Positions 60,361-64,000 of a stretch of DNA of 64,000 bases are shown one piece after another (the first letter of the stretch is position 1; each line of letters opens with the position of its first letter). The stretch spans positions 1,606 through 65,605 of the forward strand of contig CAWGYS010000025.1 in assembly GCA_963826845.1 (NCBI GenBank), given 5' to 3'. The translations under genes were made by a program, and so were the position numbers. The stretch is from an uncultured Acidobacteriaceae bacterium. Lineage in GTDB: Bacteria; Acidobacteriota; Terriglobia; Terriglobales; Acidobacteriaceae. The notes under the pieces were generated by a model. That model did not search any database and was not told the origin of the DNA. It worked only from the letters and a program-made list of their open reading frames with translations.

Positions 60361-62491
60361 ATGCTATTTCTAAACCACATCTACCTGATCCCGCTCTTCC
60401 CGGCCTTCGGGGCCGCGATGATGTTTTTTTCGGGCGGCGACTGCAGAAGGCCACCGTCAGCGCGGTTTGCGTTGGCGCGGTCGTGATCGCGTTCCTGTTT
60501 GCCTGCTTCGCGGTCTGGCAGTACACGCAGTTCGGCGACGCCCGATCACTACCACCAGCCATTCCAAAAAATTGTCTATACCTGGCTGGGCAGCGGCGAC
60601 GGGCAGCTGAACTTTACGAAGAAGGACGGCACCCCCGCCGCGTTCAACGTCGATGCCGGTTTCCTGCTCGACCCGCTTTCCTGCATCTGGCTGCTTTTCG
60701 TCACCGGCGTAGGCATGCTGATTCACATTTACTCCACCGGATACATGGCGCACGAAGGCGGTTACTACCGCTTCTTCGGATACATGAACCTGTTCATGTT
60801 CTCCATGCTCACGCTCATCCTGGCGAATAACTACATGCTGTTGTTTGTGGGCTGGGAGGGCGTCGGCTTGTGTTCGTATCTGCTGATCGGTTTTTATTTT
60901 CATCGCAAGTCCGCTTCGACCGCGGCCAACAAGGCGTTCATCGTCAACCGCATCGGCGATGCCGGATTCATTCTCGGCGCGCTCACTCTTGTCTGGTATC
61001 TGGGCTCGTTTCGCTTCACCGACATCAACACGCTGGCGCACAGCGGACACTTCGCAATCGGCGATCCCGTCCTCACGGCCGCCGCGCTGCTGCTCTTCGT
61101 CGGAGCTTGCGGCAAGTCGGCGCAGCTTCCTCTTTATGTCTGGCTGCCCGATGCCATGGAAGGCCCCACGCCGGTCTCCGCGCTGATCCACGCCGCGACC
61201 ATGGTGACGGCGGGCGTGTACATGGTGGCGCGTTCGAATGCCATATTCGTGCTCGCGCCCAAGGCGATGTAGTAGTGGCCATCGTCGGCGCGCTCACCGC
61301 CGTGTTCGCCGCGTCGATCGGCCTGGTGCAGAACGACATCAAGCGCGTGCTCGCCTACTCCACCGTCTCGCAACTCGGATACATGTTCCTCGCGCTCGGC
61401 GTCGGCGCTTTCGCGGCCGGCGTCTTCCACGTCTTTACGCATGCGTTCTTCAAAGCGCTGCTCTTCCTCGGATCCGGCTCCGTGATCCACGCCATGAGCG
61501 GCGAGCAGGACATGCGCAACATGGGCGACCTGCGAAAGCGCATCCCCACTACCTACAAGACGATGTTGATCGCCACGCTGGCGATTGCCGGCATCTTCCC
61601 GTTTGCCGGTTTCTTCTCGAAAGACGAAATTCTGTGGCAGACGTGGACCAAGGAAAGCGACGCGTATCGCCTCCTATGGTTTATCGGTTATGCCACCGCG
61701 CTAATGACCGCGTTTTACATGTTCCGGCTGATGTATCTGACCTTCTACAGTCCATCGCGCATGAGCCATGAGGTCGAGCATCACGTGCACGAGTCGCCGA
61801 AGTCGATGACCGTGCCGCTGGTGATCCTCGCGATCTGCTCGATTGGCGCGGGCTGGCTGAGCTGGCCGCATAGCCTGGGCGGATCGGCTCGCTTCGAGAA
61901 ATTTCTGGAGCCGGTGTTCGCGCGCGAGGCGGCCGTCTTTCGGAGGAAGGGAAGTCGGCGCAGTTAGCCGCGGGCGAAAAAGAAGCCGAGCACACGGACA
62001 AGACCGAGTATGTGCTGATGTTCCTGTCGCTGGCGGCGGCAGGCGTAGGTTGGGGCATGGCGCGCCGCTCCTATCTGCACGCCGGCAAAGATTACACCGA
62101 GCCCATTGCCGTGAAGGCCCCGCCGCTCTACCACTTGCTCTACAACAAGTGGTTCGTGGACGAGGGCTACGACTACGTTTTCACCGGACGCCGCAAGATC
62201 GGCAAGATTCGCCTCGGCGCCATGGGCGCGGGCGAAGCGTCGTCGTGGTTCGATGCCAAAATCATCGACGGAGCCGTCAACGATGTCGGCTGGGCCACGC
62301 GCGCCGTGGCTACGCTTTCAACCTGGTGGGATAAGTGGATCATCGACGGCGTCGGTGTGAACGGTCCGGCCATTCTTGCGCGGATGATTTCTTATCCGGC
62401 GCGGCTGTTTGAATGGGGACTGGTGCAGTGGTACGCGCTGGTCATGGTCGCGGGACTGCTGGGATTTGGCGTGTATTACGTGTGGAAGTGA
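60361..62491 (+). CDS. nuoL: NADH-quinone oxidoreductase subunit L; at least 4 frame breaks as assembled
   Basis: [23 protein letters not shown] breaks at the T7 run 60424..60430. Lengthening it to T8 gives [24 protein letters not shown].... A second break lies at the CCC run 60541..60543. The sequence continues ...[21 protein letters not shown]...[38 protein letters not shown].... Further breaks lie near 61265 and near 61950. The C-terminus is ...[22 protein letters not shown]. Confidence 0.9.
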
Positions 62492-62548
62492 AATGTCGTG
62501 CTCGCGCTAGGTGAACGAGTTATTCAGCATGCTCAGCTACCGATAGTC

Positions 62549-62583
62549 ACTGAGAACTGAGAACTGACAGCTGAGAACTGTTC
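62549..62583. repeat. Heptad tandem array, ACTGAGA family, ending 3 nt before the nuoM start codon
   Basis: actgaga actgaga actgaca gctgaga actgttc, then tt and ATG 62586. Confidence 0.85.
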
Positions 62584-62585
62584 TT

Positions 62586-64000
62586 ATGCAGAGTCACATA
62601 CTTTCGATCATCCTCTTCACGCCGCTGGTGGGCGCGTTCGTTCTCCTGTTCGTTCCCAAGGAGAACAAGGACGCGATCCGCTGGATTGCGAACATCTTCG
62701 CTCTCGGCGGATTCCTGATCTCGCTGCCGCTGGTGCCGATGTTCTGGGCGCAGCGTCAAGACCCCGGCGCAATTCAAGTTCCTCGAGGGCACGCCCAACA
62801 ACTGGATTCCCTCGATTGGCGCGGGTTACAACCTCGGCATCGACGGCATCTCGTTCCTGCTGATCATGCTCACCACGCTGCTCGGATGGATCTCGATTCT
62901 CTCTTCCTGGACCGCCATCGAGAACCGCGTGAAGGAATATTACGTCTGGTTCCTGGTGTTGCAGACGGGAATGCTCGGCGTCTTCATGGCGCTCGACTTC
63001 TTCCTCTTCTTCGTTTTCTGGGAAGCGATGCTGGTGCCGATGTATCTGCTGATCGGCATCTGGGGCGGCCCGCGCAAACTTTATGCGGCCATCAAGTTCT
63101 TTCTCTATACCCTGCTCGGCTCCGTGCTGATGCTGCTTGGCATCCTGTTCCTCTACTTCCATCACCACACGCTCACCGGAATATTCACCTTCAGCATTCC
63201 CGAACTATATAAGACCGCGCCGCTGATTCCATTCAACACCGCCATCTGGCTGTTCGTCGCCTTCTTCATCGGATTCGCCATCAAGGTTCCGATGTTTCCG
63301 TTCCACACCTGGCTGCCGGACGCGCACGTGGAAGCGCCCACCGCCGGCTCCGTCATTCTGGCGGGCGTTTTGCTGAAGATGGGAACGTATGGATTCGTGC
63401 GCTTCTCGCTGCCGTTCTTCCCGTCAGTCGTGTCGCACCCCAAAGTGCAAGGCTGGGTGATTGGGCTCTCGCTGATCGGCATCATCTATGGCGCGCTGGT
63501 TTCGCTCATGCAGAAGGACATGAAAAAGCTGGTGGCGTACTCCTCCGTCAGCCACCTGGGCTTCTGCACGCTCGGAATCTTCGCGTTGAATTCGGCTGGC
63601 TTGACCGGCTCAGTTCTGCAGCAGATCAATCACGGCATCTCGACCGGCGCGCTGTTCTTGATCGTCGGCATTCTGTATGAGCGACGACACACGCGCGAGA
63701 TCGCCGAGTACGGCGGCATCTCGAACGTGATGCCCGCTCTACGCGACCATCACCATGATCATGTTCCTTTCTTCGATGGGATTGCCGCTGCTGAATGGCT
63801 TCGTCGGCGAGTTCACGATTCTGCAAGGAGCATTCACCGCCAACTGGAGGTGGGCGGCGTGGGCCGCGCCGGGCGTGGTTCTGGCCGCGGCTTATTTGCT
63901 CTGGCTCTATCAGCGCGTCTTCTTTGGAACAGTGACGAATCCCAAGAACGAAAAGCTGCACGATCTTACGCCGCGCGAGGTTCTGACTTTTGTGCCGCTG
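62586..64000 (+). CDS. nuoM: NADH-quinone oxidoreductase subunit M (3' end beyond the window); two frame breaks as assembled
   Basis: [28 protein letters not shown].... After a break near 62765 it continues ...[16 protein letters not shown]...[24 protein letters not shown]...[40 protein letters not shown]...[15 protein letters not shown].... After a second break near 63735 it continues ...[22 protein letters not shown]... to the window edge. Confidence 0.9.

Overview
This is a GC-rich bacterial chromosomal segment with about 56 protein genes. I recognised no rRNA, tRNA, CRISPR array or transposase.

Gene content suggests an Acidobacteriota-like soil bacterium (inference only). The pointers are a CarboxypepD_reg-type TonB-dependent receptor, Ser/Thr kinases fused to TolB-like or TPR domains, an ECF sigma / zf-HC2 anti-sigma / B-box / DUF4097 operon, and a large PIG-L deacetylase.

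Content from left to right:
- A phosphate-scavenging-looking set: a PstS-like binding protein, an NPP phosphodiesterase and a PLC/AcpA-type phosphoesterase.
- fabI, two MFS transporters and the ECF sigma operon.
- glpX, a glutaryl-CoA-dehydrogenase-like gene and a TAT-signal FAD oxidoreductase.
- A short LeuA-family synthase and a LacI regulator next to a TonB-dependent receptor.
- thrC, a TonB-C domain gene and thrB.
- An APC permease and a 930-aa PIG-L protein.
- A seven-gene amidoligase cluster: esterase, ATP-grasp, GCS2/YbdK ligase, M29 aminopeptidase, an orphan gene, a permuted-ATP-grasp-like gene and a UPF0126 channel. A PAS-rich sigma54 activator sits directly upstream.
- An atypical nuo cluster: A, a PH-like ORF, C, D, H, J, K, L, M. 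It has no nuoB, nuoI or nuoEFG.

Two cross-cutting observations:
1. By manual stitching, roughly 50-60 single-nucleotide reading-frame breaks interrupt obviously essential genes (fabI, glpX, nuoD/J/L/M). Many sit at homopolymer runs. Yet about 17.6 kb (39.25-56.9 kb) has none. I therefore call broken genes as single CDSs and treat the breaks as probable assembly indels.
2. At least ten intergenic sites carry degenerate tandem repeats with strict 7-nt periodicity, in three sequence families. They often abut start codons or form hairpins. I cannot assign them to any known element class.

All product calls rest on motifs I recognised by eye. No database search was run.
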